From: a virus
Lineage: Duplodnaviria; Caudoviricetes
Strand: one strand, 5' to 3'
Length of the DNA: 48,466 nucleotides
Virus record (IMG/VR): IMGVR_UViG_3300020440_000022
Location: 1 to 48,466 of that record
Below are positions 37,084-47,093 of the stretch, in pieces. Each line of letters starts with the position of its first letter. Position 1 is the stretch's first letter. A program made the position numbers and the translations under genes. Under the pieces are notes generated by a model. The model was not told where the DNA came from, searched no databases, and worked only from the letters and a program-made list of their open reading frames with translations.

Positions 37084-39009
37084 ATGGGATATAGAATAAA
37101 CAGAACAGATGGCGAACTGCTAATAGATTTAACTGATGGTACTATTGATAATACAACCACTGATATTACCCTTATAGGTAGAAATTATAAAGGTTTTGGC
37201 GAATTAGTTAATGAAAACTTTGTATCTATTTTAGAAAATTTTGCATCAACAAGTGCTCCTGCAAATCCTATGATAGGACAATTATGGTGGGACAAACAAG
37301 ATACAAGATTAAAAGTTTATGACGGTACAAGTTTTAGATCTGCCGCCGGTACAGTAATCAGCTCTAGTCAGCCAAGTAACTTGACAGCAGGCGATATTTG
37401 GATTGATAATGAAGCCAACAAGTTATATTTGTTTGATGGCACAGATTTAGTTTTAGTTGGACCTGAATACGATGCCGATCAAGGCAAGACAGGATTTGAA
37501 GTTGCAAGTCAACTTGATAATACAGATGTACAACGTACTATATTAAAATTATTTTTAGGTGGCACACTTATAGGTATTCATTCTCCTGCAACTTTTATTG
37601 TTCCTACTGAATATGCTATACCCGGATTTCCCGAATGGGCCGACGACACATTTTTTCCAAAAAGACAGAGATTAGAAAAAGGATTTAATCCAACACAGAG
37701 TGGCTACAATTATAACGGCACTGCTACTGCGGCTCTATCACTTGTAGATACAGGTGGAGTCGAATTTACAACTACTGACTTTTTACCAACAACTACCGAC
37801 GGCACTACTTCAGGAAAGTTAACAATTAAAAATAGTGCTGGTTTAAGTATTGGAATTGGCGATACTTTATATCTTTCTCAGAAAATCAGCGGAACAACAA
37901 GTTTATTAGAAACACAGCAAAGTAATGCAGATTTTGGTATAAGAATTAAATCAGGTAGTAGTTTTTTAACGCCATTCTACGTAGATAGCAGTGAACAAAA
38001 AGTTGGATTTTGGAAAACAAATCCTTCTTTTTCTTTAGACGTTGCTGGAAACGGAAGATTTACATCTGATCTACAAGTTGACGGAAGTTTAACAGTCAAA
38101 GGAGATTCAACTTTTATAAATGCTTCTACCTTAAGAGTAGAAGATAAAAATATTGAATTGGGACTTTTAGATGATAGCACAGAAGGTAATGATAGTGCTG
38201 TTGATGGCGGAGGAATAACTTTACGTAGTTCTAATGGTAGTAAAGACATTGCATGGTATACTGCAACAAACTCTTGGACATTCAATACACACATAAATTT
38301 AGAATCTAATCCTAACCTTCCTAATCCTGCTATAAAGTTTAATGGTAACACAATTTTAACTGAAACTGCATTAGCACCTAGCGTGACTGTTGCAAGCGGG
38401 GTCACTACTTTAGGTACATTGGTTAACTTAACAGTAGATAATGTAAAAATAGACGGATCAACAATATCAAGAATAAACGGTTCAGGTTTAGTGCTGGATA
38501 GCAATAATGGTACTGTTAGTGTAAGTAATGATAAAATATCAGACGTAGGTACTCCTACATTGGCAAACGATGCCGCAAATAAAACATACGTAGATAGTGA
38601 AATCATAAATGAAAACAAATTAGTAACAATGGATGTGACGGGATTAGTAAATCCTGATCCAATTGGAACCAACAATGGACCGACTAATGATATTGCAGCA
38701 ATATTAGAACTAATGATTCCTGCTGCATCATACAGTGGTGCATTTGCAAAACTTCTTGCAACATCTTACAGCGGAAGCACAGTTTCGGGAATTAACATAT
38801 CTGTAACTACAGATAGCACTGGCGTCTTGCAAAAGTCATCAATCGCAGTTGATAGTGCAGGAACACAAAATGAAACAGTAATACAGGATATTGCTGCTGC
38901 GAACACAGCAAGTGGTACGGTTAACCTTACTGCAACTAGGTATGTATATACTTTCCAAAGCAATGGAAGCGTATGGCAGTTTAGTTCAAGGACCCAGTAT
39001 GTACCGTAA
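37084..39009 (+). CDS. Tail fibre protein
   Basis: Shared N-terminus (LIGRNYKGFGE..NENF..ILENFA...GQLWWD); fibre motifs LRVEDKNIELG and DAANKTYVD. Confidence 0.75.
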   Translation: MGYRINRTDGELLIDLTDGTIDNTTTDITLIGRNYKGFGELVNENFVSILENFASTSAPANPMIGQLWWDKQDTRLKVYDGTSFRSAAGTVISSSQPSNLTAGDIWIDNEANKLYLFDGTDLVLVGPEYDADQGKTGFEVASQLDNTDVQRTILKLFLGGTLIGIHSPATFIVPTEYAIPGFPEWADDTFFPKRQRLEKGFNPTQSGYNYNGTATAALSLVDTGGVEFTTTDFLPTTTDGTTSGKLTIKNSAGLSIGIGDTLYLSQKISGTTSLLETQQSNADFGIRIKSGSSFLTPFYVDSSEQKVGFWKTNPSFSLDVAGNGRFTSDLQVDGSLTVKGDSTFINASTLRVEDKNIELGLLDDSTEGNDSAVDGGGITLRSSNGSKDIAWYTATNSWTFNTHINLESNPNLPNPAIKFNGNTILTETALAPSVTVASGVTTLGTLVNLTVDNVKIDGSTISRINGSGLVLDSNNGTVSVSNDKISDVGTPTLANDAANKTYVDSEIINENKLVTMDVTGLVNPDPIGTNNGPTNDIAAILELMIPAASYSGAFAKLLATSYSGSTVSGINISVTTDSTGVLQKSSIAVDSAGTQNETVIQDIAAANTASGTVNLTATRYVYTFQSNGSVWQFSSRTQYVP

Positions 39010-39042
39010 TTTGAATAAATAAATACACAAGGGGTATATAGA

Positions 39043-40527
39043 ATGGCTTATACAATAAACAAATTTTCCGGAACCCAGCTCACTGTAGTTGAAGACGGTA
39101 CAATTGATCAAACAACCGATCTTAAACTGGTAGGTAAAAACTATGCGGGATATGGAGAAATTCAGAATGAAAACTTTGTTTTCTTACTAGAAAACTTTGC
39201 TAGTGCAAATCAACCTCCCAAACCATTAGGAGGGCAAGTTTGGTTTGATAGCGGAAATTCAAAATTAAAGTTTTATGATGGTTCTAAATGGCGTACCACA
39301 GGAGGCGCAGAAGTAAGCGGCAGTACCCCGGCCGGTCTTTCTCAAGGTGACTTTTGGTGGGACACTACTAACGAACAGCTTTATGCATACAATGGATCTA
39401 GTTTTGTACTAGTTGGTCCACAGGGTGTTGGAGACACAGTAACACAATTTAGAAGCGCAACAATTAGAGATAATGGCGGCACAGCTAGACCTGTAATTAC
39501 TAGTTTAATTGCAGATGAGGTTATACATATTATATCTGCACAGCAATTTACAATAGGTAGCGAAGATGCTGCTTCTTATCCAGGCTTTGACGTAATTAGA
39601 CAAGGTATTACTTTAAAGAATACACAAAATAGCACAAATGGTGTCACAAGCACTAATCATAGATTTTATGGTACAGCATCCAACGCTGATAAATTGGGCG
39701 GTGTAGACGCGGCAAATTTTGTGCAAACCAGTGCAGCATCATTTACAAGTCTTGTTGAGTATGGTGATGCTGGTATTGCTATAGGAGCATCTAACGATTT
39801 AGTAATTAAGATTGTAGATGACGATAAAGGACTTATTGCTAATGAACAAGGCCAAGAAATTTATGTGCAAGTGAACAATGCAAGTTCTGCACAAAAAATG
39901 CCTGTAAGGTTCCAAGCTAATAAAGTTCTTCCAGGTTATAGCAATATTTCTACATTCTCTGGTACAGAAACAGTTGACATAGGTAGTTCAACAAATGTAT
40001 TTGCTAATATGTATGCTACTACATTTAATGGCACAGCAACAGTTTCTCAAGCACTAGAAGTAAGCGGCCAGTCAAGATCAGGAAGCACTGGAGCTACACC
40101 TAACACAGTTGCAATAAGAGATGCAACTGGTAATTTAACAGCAAACGAATTTGACGGGGTAGCAACAAGTGCTAAATTTGCTGACCTGGCAGAAAAATAC
40201 ACAACTGATCAAGAATATCCTGTAGGAACAGCAATGTGTGTTGGTGGTGATGAAGAAACTACATCAGCAAGTGCAAGTTCTATGTGTATAGGTGTTATTT
40301 CAAATGCACCTGCATATTTAATGAACAGCGAGTGTGACGGACAAGCAATAGGACTTAAAGGTCGTCTACCAGTAAGAGTTAATGGTATAGTTAAGAAAGG
40401 CGATCCTATCTATGTTTGGCAAGACGGAGTTTGTTCAACTGTTACAACAAGCGGACTGGTAGGTATTGCACTAGAAGATAATGACGAAGAGTCAGAGAAG
40501 CTAGTCGAATGTATCTTGAAGGTATAA
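39043..40527 (+). CDS. Tail fibre with C-terminal intramolecular chaperone / auto-cleavage domain
   Basis: Shared N-terminus; C-terminal ADLAEKY...IGVIS.APAYLMN...GLKGRLPVRV.G.VKKGD; tandem ATAAATA at 39015-39025. Confidence 0.75.
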   Translation: MAYTINKFSGTQLTVVEDGTIDQTTDLKLVGKNYAGYGEIQNENFVFLLENFASANQPPKPLGGQVWFDSGNSKLKFYDGSKWRTTGGAEVSGSTPAGLSQGDFWWDTTNEQLYAYNGSSFVLVGPQGVGDTVTQFRSATIRDNGGTARPVITSLIADEVIHIISAQQFTIGSEDAASYPGFDVIRQGITLKNTQNSTNGVTSTNHRFYGTASNADKLGGVDAANFVQTSAASFTSLVEYGDAGIAIGASNDLVIKIVDDDKGLIANEQGQEIYVQVNNASSAQKMPVRFQANKVLPGYSNISTFSGTETVDIGSSTNVFANMYATTFNGTATVSQALEVSGQSRSGSTGATPNTVAIRDATGNLTANEFDGVATSAKFADLAEKYTTDQEYPVGTAMCVGGDEETTSASASSMCIGVISNAPAYLMNSECDGQAIGLKGRLPVRVNGIVKKGDPIYVWQDGVCSTVTTSGLVGIALEDNDEESEKLVECILKV

Positions 40528-40530
40528 ATA
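40523..40530 (+). promoter_or_regulatory. Exact T4 late promoter consensus
   Basis: TATAAATA 21 nt before the 40552 ATG, overlapping the upstream stop. Confidence 0.7.
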
Positions 40531-40551
40531 TCATAAGAGAAGGACAGTAAT

Positions 40552-41487
40552 ATGGCAGTAAATACTGGCGATACTATAAGCGCAGCCGAATACAACACAT
40601 TGCAGAGTAGAATAGATACTATAATGGGTAACGGAAGTGCTCAAGACGGTTATGGACAAACTGTTGCTAGTAGCCAAGTCAGTGTAGGAACAATAGTAAC
40701 AGCTGCTTTGATGGATAATTTACGCACCGACTTAAACAAAGCAAACAATCATCAATTAGGATCAAATGCACTAATAGGGGATATAGCTGCAGGCCAAATA
40801 ATTGGTGCAGATGCAAGCGGAACTGGTTTAGGTTCACTCACACAAACTGACGAAGGTTTTAACGACTATGAAGTAGCCGTTGGAGTAATTGAAACTAACA
40901 AGAATTTGATTGATGCAGGTAACAGTTCAGTTGAAAGCACAGGAAATTCCAGCACTAGAACTACAGCTTGGGGCGGAGGCGGAGGCGGAGTAATTACACA
41001 TACTTTCACCGTGTCGTTCAATGATGCAGATCATCGCAGACATTTTTTCAACGCAGGCGGAGAAATACGGTTTAGTGCTAATTTATCAGGCCAATCAGGA
41101 TCAAAGTCGAACGATTGGGCAACAATGTTAAGCAACATGGGAACAATAACTTTCAATAGAACAGATACTACAGCAAGCGGTACAGGTACAGCACAAGCGA
41201 TAGGAAACTTTGATTTGACAGGTACATACCAACAAATTTTTATAAAGTCTGGCACTGGAGTATATGCAGAGAATGATTACAATATAGAGGCTAGAGCTGA
41301 TAGTTCTAGCGTAATCAATTTCAAAATAGAATTCCGTGATGACGATACAGGTGACCAAACAGGTGTAGGTCCGCCTGTAGATGAAAATGTAAATGGTACA
41401 CTTGTCAGCCAAATCCAACAATTAAGAGCAACTGGATCTAATGTATCTGTAGCATCTCCAAGTTATTCCAACACTTCTACACTCTAA
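40552..41487 (+). CDS. Virion structural protein (fibre-associated)
   Basis: Gly/Ser/Thr-rich; GDTISAAEYN, RHFFNAGGEIRF; under a late promoter at the end of the fibre block. Confidence 0.6.
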   Translation: MAVNTGDTISAAEYNTLQSRIDTIMGNGSAQDGYGQTVASSQVSVGTIVTAALMDNLRTDLNKANNHQLGSNALIGDIAAGQIIGADASGTGLGSLTQTDEGFNDYEVAVGVIETNKNLIDAGNSSVESTGNSSTRTTAWGGGGGGVITHTFTVSFNDADHRRHFFNAGGEIRFSANLSGQSGSKSNDWATMLSNMGTITFNRTDTTASGTGTAQAIGNFDLTGTYQQIFIKSGTGVYAENDYNIEARADSSSVINFKIEFRDDDTGDQTGVGPPVDENVNGTLVSQIQQLRATGSNVSVASPSYSNTSTL

Positions 41488-41494
41488 AAAGTAC

Positions 41495-41523
41495 TTGACT
41501 TTTCTTCTCTAATGTTATATACT
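41495..41523 (+). promoter_or_regulatory. Sigma70-type promoter for the modification operon
   Basis: TTGACT (41495-41500), 17-bp spacer, TATACT (41518-41523), then AGGAGG RBS. Confidence 0.75.
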
Positions 41524-41543
41524 ATAGCATAATAGGAGGATCT

Positions 41544-41891
41544 ATGGACGAAAGACTAGATAAAGCACTTGAATTTTCAGCTTATATGGATACACTTAAT
41601 AATCAAAAGAGATTACTTAAGGAAAAGTTTCTAGAAAATAACGTATACTATCATAATGGTGGTAGGTTTACAATTAAACCTGAACTTATAAACTTTTGTT
41701 ACACACTGGTGCAGATAGGTAAAACTAGTGTTGTGTTGATAGATGACAATGACATTCCAGTTGAAATTGAAAACATCGAAGAGTTTTTTGAAAAAGTTGC
41801 AGATCTCTACTACGAAAACACCAATCAGTACGTGGCAGACTATACTGAACTAAAAAATAAACGGAGCGTAGAGGGATTAATTGATTTATGA
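41544..41891 (+). CDS. Hypothetical protein (possible fibre assembly chaperone)
   Basis: 115 aa with a strong RBS; function guessed from position only. Confidence 0.6.
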   Translation: MDERLDKALEFSAYMDTLNNQKRLLKEKFLENNVYYHNGGRFTIKPELINFCYTLVQIGKTSVVLIDDNDIPVEIENIEEFFEKVADLYYENTNQYVADYTELKNKRSVEGLIDL

Positions 41892-42721
41892 CGTTTGGTG
41901 TATTGTTATTTGCACATAATAATTCTGACATAGATTATGTAAAGCAGTCCTTGTATTGTGCAAAGCAAATTAAAAAACATCTTAATTTGCCTGTTACCCT
42001 TGTAACTTCTAGCAAGGAATATCTTTTAGATAAGTTTCCATTTTATAAAAAATATATAGATACTATAATAGAAGATAGTACTTCTTATAAGCAAAATAGA
42101 AAATTTTACGATGGCGCTTATAGTTACAAAACACTCAATTGGAATAATTTTACAAGATCTGATTGCTACAATCTATCACCTTATGATAAAACTATTGTTA
42201 TGGACACAGATTTTATTGTTGGTAACAGTAAATTGTTAGATTGTGTTTGCAATGCAAAGGTAAAAATAAGCAAAAAGGTAACAGATTTACATCCTTCAAG
42301 AAATGATTTTAGTCTAGAAAAAGTAAGTGATACATCAATGGACATGTATTGGGCAACTGTATTTTACTTTGAAAAAAATCATTCTTCAAAACTATTTTTT
42401 GATCTTGTAAAGCACATAAAGGATAATTGGCACTTTTATAGATTACAGTATCAGATTATTCCTACTAATTTTAGAAATGACTTTGCCTTTAGTATTGCTT
42501 TACATATTATTAACGGATTTGGCTCTGGTAGTTTTTCTGAGCCTTTGCCTATAAAAGTATGGTTTACTTCTGATAAAGATAAAATAATATCTTACAAAAA
42601 TAACAGTTTTTCAGTGCTTATAGAAGAGCCTTTGGTAATAAAAGTTAAGGATGTAAATATTCATCTTATGAATAAATTTTCTCTAGATAGGATAGTTACG
42701 GAGGATCTCAAAGATGAGTAA
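41888..42721 (+). CDS. GT-A fold glycosyltransferase-like protein
   Basis: GVLLFAHN...SPYDKTIVMDTD (DxD), RNDFAFSIA; paralog of the next gene. Confidence 0.7.
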   Translation: MTFGVLLFAHNNSDIDYVKQSLYCAKQIKKHLNLPVTLVTSSKEYLLDKFPFYKKYIDTIIEDSTSYKQNRKFYDGAYSYKTLNWNNFTRSDCYNLSPYDKTIVMDTDFIVGNSKLLDCVCNAKVKISKKVTDLHPSRNDFSLEKVSDTSMDMYWATVFYFEKNHSSKLFFDLVKHIKDNWHFYRLQYQIIPTNFRNDFAFSIALHIINGFGSGSFSEPLPIKVWFTSDKDKIISYKNNSFSVLIEEPLVIKVKDVNIHLMNKFSLDRIVTEDLKDE

Positions 42722-43532
42722 AGGATTTTGTGTATTGGCACAAAATAATTCTACTACTGACTATGTGAAGCAAGCATATGCTTTAGCATTGAGTATTTCA
42801 AAACATAATAAATTTTCAAATGTTACTTTGTTAACAAATGACAATGTGCCGGACTTGTATAAACATGCGTTTGATCAAATATTACCAATCCAATGGCATG
42901 ACGATGATTTGAACGAAAACTGGAAGATTAAAAATAGATGGAAAATTTACCACCATAGTCCTTACAAGGAAACCATAGTTCTTGATAGTGATATGTTATG
43001 CTGTAGTAATGTCGACCATGTTTGGGATAGATTGAGTAATTTTGATCTTTACTATACAAGTAATGTTTTGACTTACAGAAATGAAAAAATACACAGCGAT
43101 TATTATAGAAAAACTTTTACAGCAAATGACTTGCCCAATCTTTATAGTGCATTTCATTATTTTAAGAAAAAAGATTATTGTAAACAATTTTATATGCTTC
43201 AACAACAAGTGGTTCAAAATTATAGACAGTTTTATAATAAGTTTACACCAAAAAAGATGCAAGATTGGTGTAGCATAGATGTTAGTGCAAGTATAACTGC
43301 TAAAATACTTGGAATAGAAGACGAAATTACTGACGGCGTGTGTAATTTTATACATATGAAACCAAAATTACAAAATTTTGAAAATAGTCCACCAAGTTGG
43401 ACTGACATATTACATAGTGACATTGATAACAATGGAAATTTATTAGTAGGTAATTTTAAACAAGTTGGTTTTTTCCATTATGTTGAGGACAATTTTTTGT
43501 CTGATAGTTTGATTGAAAGGTTAGCTTTATGA
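42714..43532 (+). CDS. GT-A fold glycosyltransferase-like protein
   Basis: GFCVLAQN...DYVKQAYALALSI...SPYKETIVLDSD (DxD), late FIHMK and FHY motifs. Confidence 0.75.
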   Translation: MSKGFCVLAQNNSTTDYVKQAYALALSISKHNKFSNVTLLTNDNVPDLYKHAFDQILPIQWHDDDLNENWKIKNRWKIYHHSPYKETIVLDSDMLCCSNVDHVWDRLSNFDLYYTSNVLTYRNEKIHSDYYRKTFTANDLPNLYSAFHYFKKKDYCKQFYMLQQQVVQNYRQFYNKFTPKKMQDWCSIDVSASITAKILGIEDEITDGVCNFIHMKPKLQNFENSPPSWTDILHSDIDNNGNLLVGNFKQVGFFHYVEDNFLSDSLIERLAL

Positions 43533-44089
43533 GTTTCTATGCGTGTTTTGATATAGATTCTGGACAGGTAATAAAAGTAACTAATGAGTTACAAACATCT
43601 GATGAATTTTTAGAAATAGAAAAAGATATGTACGTTAGATTTATACAAAATGAACTATCAATTAATGACTATGTCATAGTTCCTACAGCTAGTCCTTTAG
43701 AAAAGTATAAAATTGTTGAAAAAGAAAAAGTTGGAACTGTTGACTTGACTAACAAATCTATAGTTCCTATTACTGAAGCAAAATATGATAAAGAAATACA
43801 AAATATTTTCTATTTGATACACAAACAAAACAAATGGAAAGGATATGCAAATTTGTCTTTTGAGTACAAAAATTATATAAGTAAAAGTCCTACTTACAAA
43901 GACTTTGTAAAAAGATTTTATATAACTGAAAAACATAATCCTTACAGATTATTAGATGTTTTAGATGTTCCGATGAAAAAGTTTTTAAACAAAAGACAAT
44001 TTGTTATCAAGAGTGCAAAGTATCAAACACCGATTAGCATATTTACTATAGTAGCTCACGATAAGTTTATACAGGTAATGGAAGAATAA
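43529..44089 (+). CDS. Hypothetical protein
   Basis: 186-aa ORF with ATGA overlap to the upstream stop, abutting the next gene. Confidence 0.65.
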   Translation: MSFYACFDIDSGQVIKVTNELQTSDEFLEIEKDMYVRFIQNELSINDYVIVPTASPLEKYKIVEKEKVGTVDLTNKSIVPITEAKYDKEIQNIFYLIHKQNKWKGYANLSFEYKNYISKSPTYKDFVKRFYITEKHNPYRLLDVLDVPMKKFLNKRQFVIKSAKYQTPISIFTIVAHDKFIQVMEE

Positions 44090-45013
44090 ATGAAAAAAGT
44101 AAAAATTGTTGACTGTGATATAATATATCTATCATATGATGAACCTAACGCAGAAAAAAACTACGCAGACCTACTAACTAAAGTACCGTGGGCAAAACGT
44201 GTACATGGAGTTGAAGGGTCAGACTCAGCACACAAAGCATGTGCAAGGTTAAGTGATACAGACCGTTTTGTAACTGTTGACGGTGACAACAGAATAAGAC
44301 AAGATTTTATAAATCAAGTTCTTGATTTTGAGGAACACGAAGATTTAGAAAACAGCGTAATAAGTTGGTGCGGAAAAAATGCAATTAACGGATTGCTATA
44401 CGGCAATGGCGGCCTAAAGTGTTGGCCAAAAGAACATGTTTTACGTATGAAAACACATGAAAACGCAGGAGATAATGTCGCCGCACAAGTAGACTTTTGC
44501 TGGGATTTAAATTATATACAGCAAAATAGTTGTTACTCTGATGTTTACAATAATGAAATACCACATCAGGCTTGGAGAGCAGGTTTTCGTGAAGGTGTGA
44601 AAATGGCGTTAGATAGAGGAGCTAAACTTACAAAAGAAGATTTTCTTAAAGGCCATTGGAAAAACTTGCATAGACTATGGATATGGCTCATGGTGGGTGC
44701 AGATGTCGAAAACGGTCTTTGGGCTATATATGGTGCTCGCGAAGGTTTATATAAAACCATGTGTTCCGATTGGGACTATGTTAATGTACGTGACTTTGAA
44801 TACCTAAATTCTATGTGGAACGAAACGTACAGTAAAATTACAGAAGAAATGCTGCCATATGAAATAATGGGTCTAGGCGAAACACTTAAACATGAGCTAG
44901 GCATTCCAATTGCTACAGATCCATTAGATCAAGATCAAAGTAAGTTTTTTAAAACAGTGTATCAGAACCCAAGCCGTAATAGCAATGAACAATTTGTAAT
45001 AGATCCAGAATGA
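44090..45013 (+). CDS. GT2-like glycosyltransferase
   Basis: DIIYLSYDEPNAE...RVHGVEG...FVTVDGD (DxD)...YGNGGLK...AWRAGFREGVKM. Confidence 0.65.
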   Translation: MKKVKIVDCDIIYLSYDEPNAEKNYADLLTKVPWAKRVHGVEGSDSAHKACARLSDTDRFVTVDGDNRIRQDFINQVLDFEEHEDLENSVISWCGKNAINGLLYGNGGLKCWPKEHVLRMKTHENAGDNVAAQVDFCWDLNYIQQNSCYSDVYNNEIPHQAWRAGFREGVKMALDRGAKLTKEDFLKGHWKNLHRLWIWLMVGADVENGLWAIYGAREGLYKTMCSDWDYVNVRDFEYLNSMWNETYSKITEEMLPYEIMGLGETLKHELGIPIATDPLDQDQSKFFKTVYQNPSRNSNEQFVIDPE

Positions 45014-46422
45014 AAACATTAAAAGAAATAGATTTTGACACAACATCTGAATTAGAATTAGACAATTCAAATCTATCTAAAATGAAAAATCTTTTAGATG
45101 ACACAGGTTGCGGATTTTGTTTGGCTAAATGGACGCAAGTTACAATACACCTTGGAAGTGGAATAAATCATAGTTGTCATCATGTAGGTGCTCATAAAAT
45201 TCCTTTAGAAGAATTGCAAACAAATCCTAATGCTCTACATAATACAATTTACAAAAAACAGCGAAGAAAAGAAATGAAACAAGGTATTCGTCCTGAGGAG
45301 TGTGACTACTGTTGGCGAATAGAAGATAACACTGAAGATTTCAGCGATCGAGTGCTTAAAAGTATCAGTCCTTGGAGTAGAATTGATCATGATAGTATTG
45401 TACAAAAATCATGGGAAGAAGATTTTTATCCCAGATATGTAGAAGTAAGTTTTTCTAATGTTTGTAATTTTAAATGTGCATACTGCGGTCCGCCTTTTAG
45501 CAGTAAATGGACTGAAGAAATTAAACAACATGGACCTTATCAATTGTATAAAACCCATTACAATGGGATAAAAGATCATGAAATACCTTTTAGAGAAAGA
45601 GAAGAAAATCCATACATAGAAGCATTCTGGAAATGGTTTCCTGAAGCAGTCACACACATGTTAGAATTTAGAATCACAGGTGGTGAACCATTGTTGAGTA
45701 AGCATACTTTTAGTGTTATTGAACATTTGATACAAAATCCTCAACCTCATCTTAATTTTTCAATTAATACCAATGCATGTCCTCCTGGAGACAAATGGAA
45801 AGACTTTGTTGAACTACTACAAATTTTAGAACAAAAAAACTGCGTCAACAGTGTTAACATATTTGTAAGTGCAGAAAGTAAAGGTAATCATGCAGAGTAT
45901 GTGAGAATGGGAATGGATTGGTTCAAGTTTGATAGTAATGTAAATTATCTACTTACACAAACTAAAAAAGTTGGATTAAGTTTTATGAGTGCTGTGAATG
46001 TTTTAAGTTTACCTAGTTTAAAAGAATATATAAATTTTGTACTCAATCTAAAAAAAATGTATAATACGCAAGAAATGAGAGTAAAAGTTGATTTTGCATA
46101 CGTAAGACACCCACATTTTTTGGATATCAAAATTGCAGATAAACAGTTATTGGACAATTATCTCATGCCAAGTATACAGATTATGCTTGATAATATTACA
46201 GATTTATTATATAATAAATGGGAAGTAGACAAATTACAAAGGATAGCAAACGATTGTTATAATAGAATTGAACGTAATGATTCTGTTGAGAAGACAGATA
46301 TAAACAGATATAGACTACAGTTGTCTCAGTTTATAAAAGAATATGATAAACGAAGAAAAAGTGATTTCGAAACAGCCTTTCCGGAATATGAAAGATTTAT
46401 TAATTTGTGTAGGGATAGTTGA
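45010..46422 (+). CDS. Radical SAM enzyme with N-terminal twitch/SPASM-like Cys cluster
   Basis: CNFKCAYC (CxxxCxxC), ITGGEPL, INTN; N-terminal FCLAKW...SCHH...CDYCW. Confidence 0.9.
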   Translation: MKTLKEIDFDTTSELELDNSNLSKMKNLLDDTGCGFCLAKWTQVTIHLGSGINHSCHHVGAHKIPLEELQTNPNALHNTIYKKQRRKEMKQGIRPEECDYCWRIEDNTEDFSDRVLKSISPWSRIDHDSIVQKSWEEDFYPRYVEVSFSNVCNFKCAYCGPPFSSKWTEEIKQHGPYQLYKTHYNGIKDHEIPFREREENPYIEAFWKWFPEAVTHMLEFRITGGEPLLSKHTFSVIEHLIQNPQPHLNFSINTNACPPGDKWKDFVELLQILEQKNCVNSVNIFVSAESKGNHAEYVRMGMDWFKFDSNVNYLLTQTKKVGLSFMSAVNVLSLPSLKEYINFVLNLKKMYNTQEMRVKVDFAYVRHPHFLDIKIADKQLLDNYLMPSIQIMLDNITDLLYNKWEVDKLQRIANDCYNRIERNDSVEKTDINRYRLQLSQFIKEYDKRRKSDFETAFPEYERFINLCRDS

Positions 46423-47093
46423 TGTTTGATATTGTCTTTATAAGTTATAACGAACCTAATGCAGATGAAAATTTTAAAATTTTGAAACAGCGTTTTCCTA
46501 TAGCACAACGGGTACATGGAGTAAAAGGAATACATCAAGCTCATATACAAGCAGCTAAATTATGCATGACTAAAATGTTTTGGATTGTAGACGGTGACGC
46601 AGTGATTAAGGATGATTTTAATTTCAATTATAAACCAGATGATTGGAACCTAAACACAGTCCATGTTTGGAGAAGTGAAAATCCAATAAATGATATGCAG
46701 TATGGATACGGTGGTGTAAAACTTTTTCCTACCAAGGCAACTATCAACATGGATGTTTCTAAAGCAGATATGACAACAAGCATTAGCAAAAACTTTTCAG
46801 CAATGGAGCAAGTCAGTAATATTACAGCATTTAATACAGATCCATTTAATACATGGAAGAGTGCTTTCAGAGAATGTGCAAAATTAAGTAGTAAAACAAT
46901 TGACAGACAAAAACAGGAGGAAACAGATGAACGACTCAAAACTTGGACAACCGTGGGACACACTCGAAAGTTTGGTGAATATGCGGTTCGAGGTGCTAGG
47001 GCTGGTATGGTCTTTGGCCTTTCTAGGAGGACTGATCTTCGGTTAATAAATGATTTTGATTGGTTAAAGGAACAATTTAATGAACAACAGTAA
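46422..47093 (+). CDS. GT2-like glycosyltransferase (paralog of 44090..45013)
   Basis: ATG at 46422 overlaps the upstream TGA; DIVFISYNEPNA...RVHGVKG...FWIVDGD...YGYGGVK...TWKSAFRECAKL. Confidence 0.65.
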   Translation: MFDIVFISYNEPNADENFKILKQRFPIAQRVHGVKGIHQAHIQAAKLCMTKMFWIVDGDAVIKDDFNFNYKPDDWNLNTVHVWRSENPINDMQYGYGGVKLFPTKATINMDVSKADMTTSISKNFSAMEQVSNITAFNTDPFNTWKSAFRECAKLSSKTIDRQKQEETDERLKTWTTVGHTRKFGEYAVRGARAGMVFGLSRRTDLRLINDFDWLKEQFNEQQ

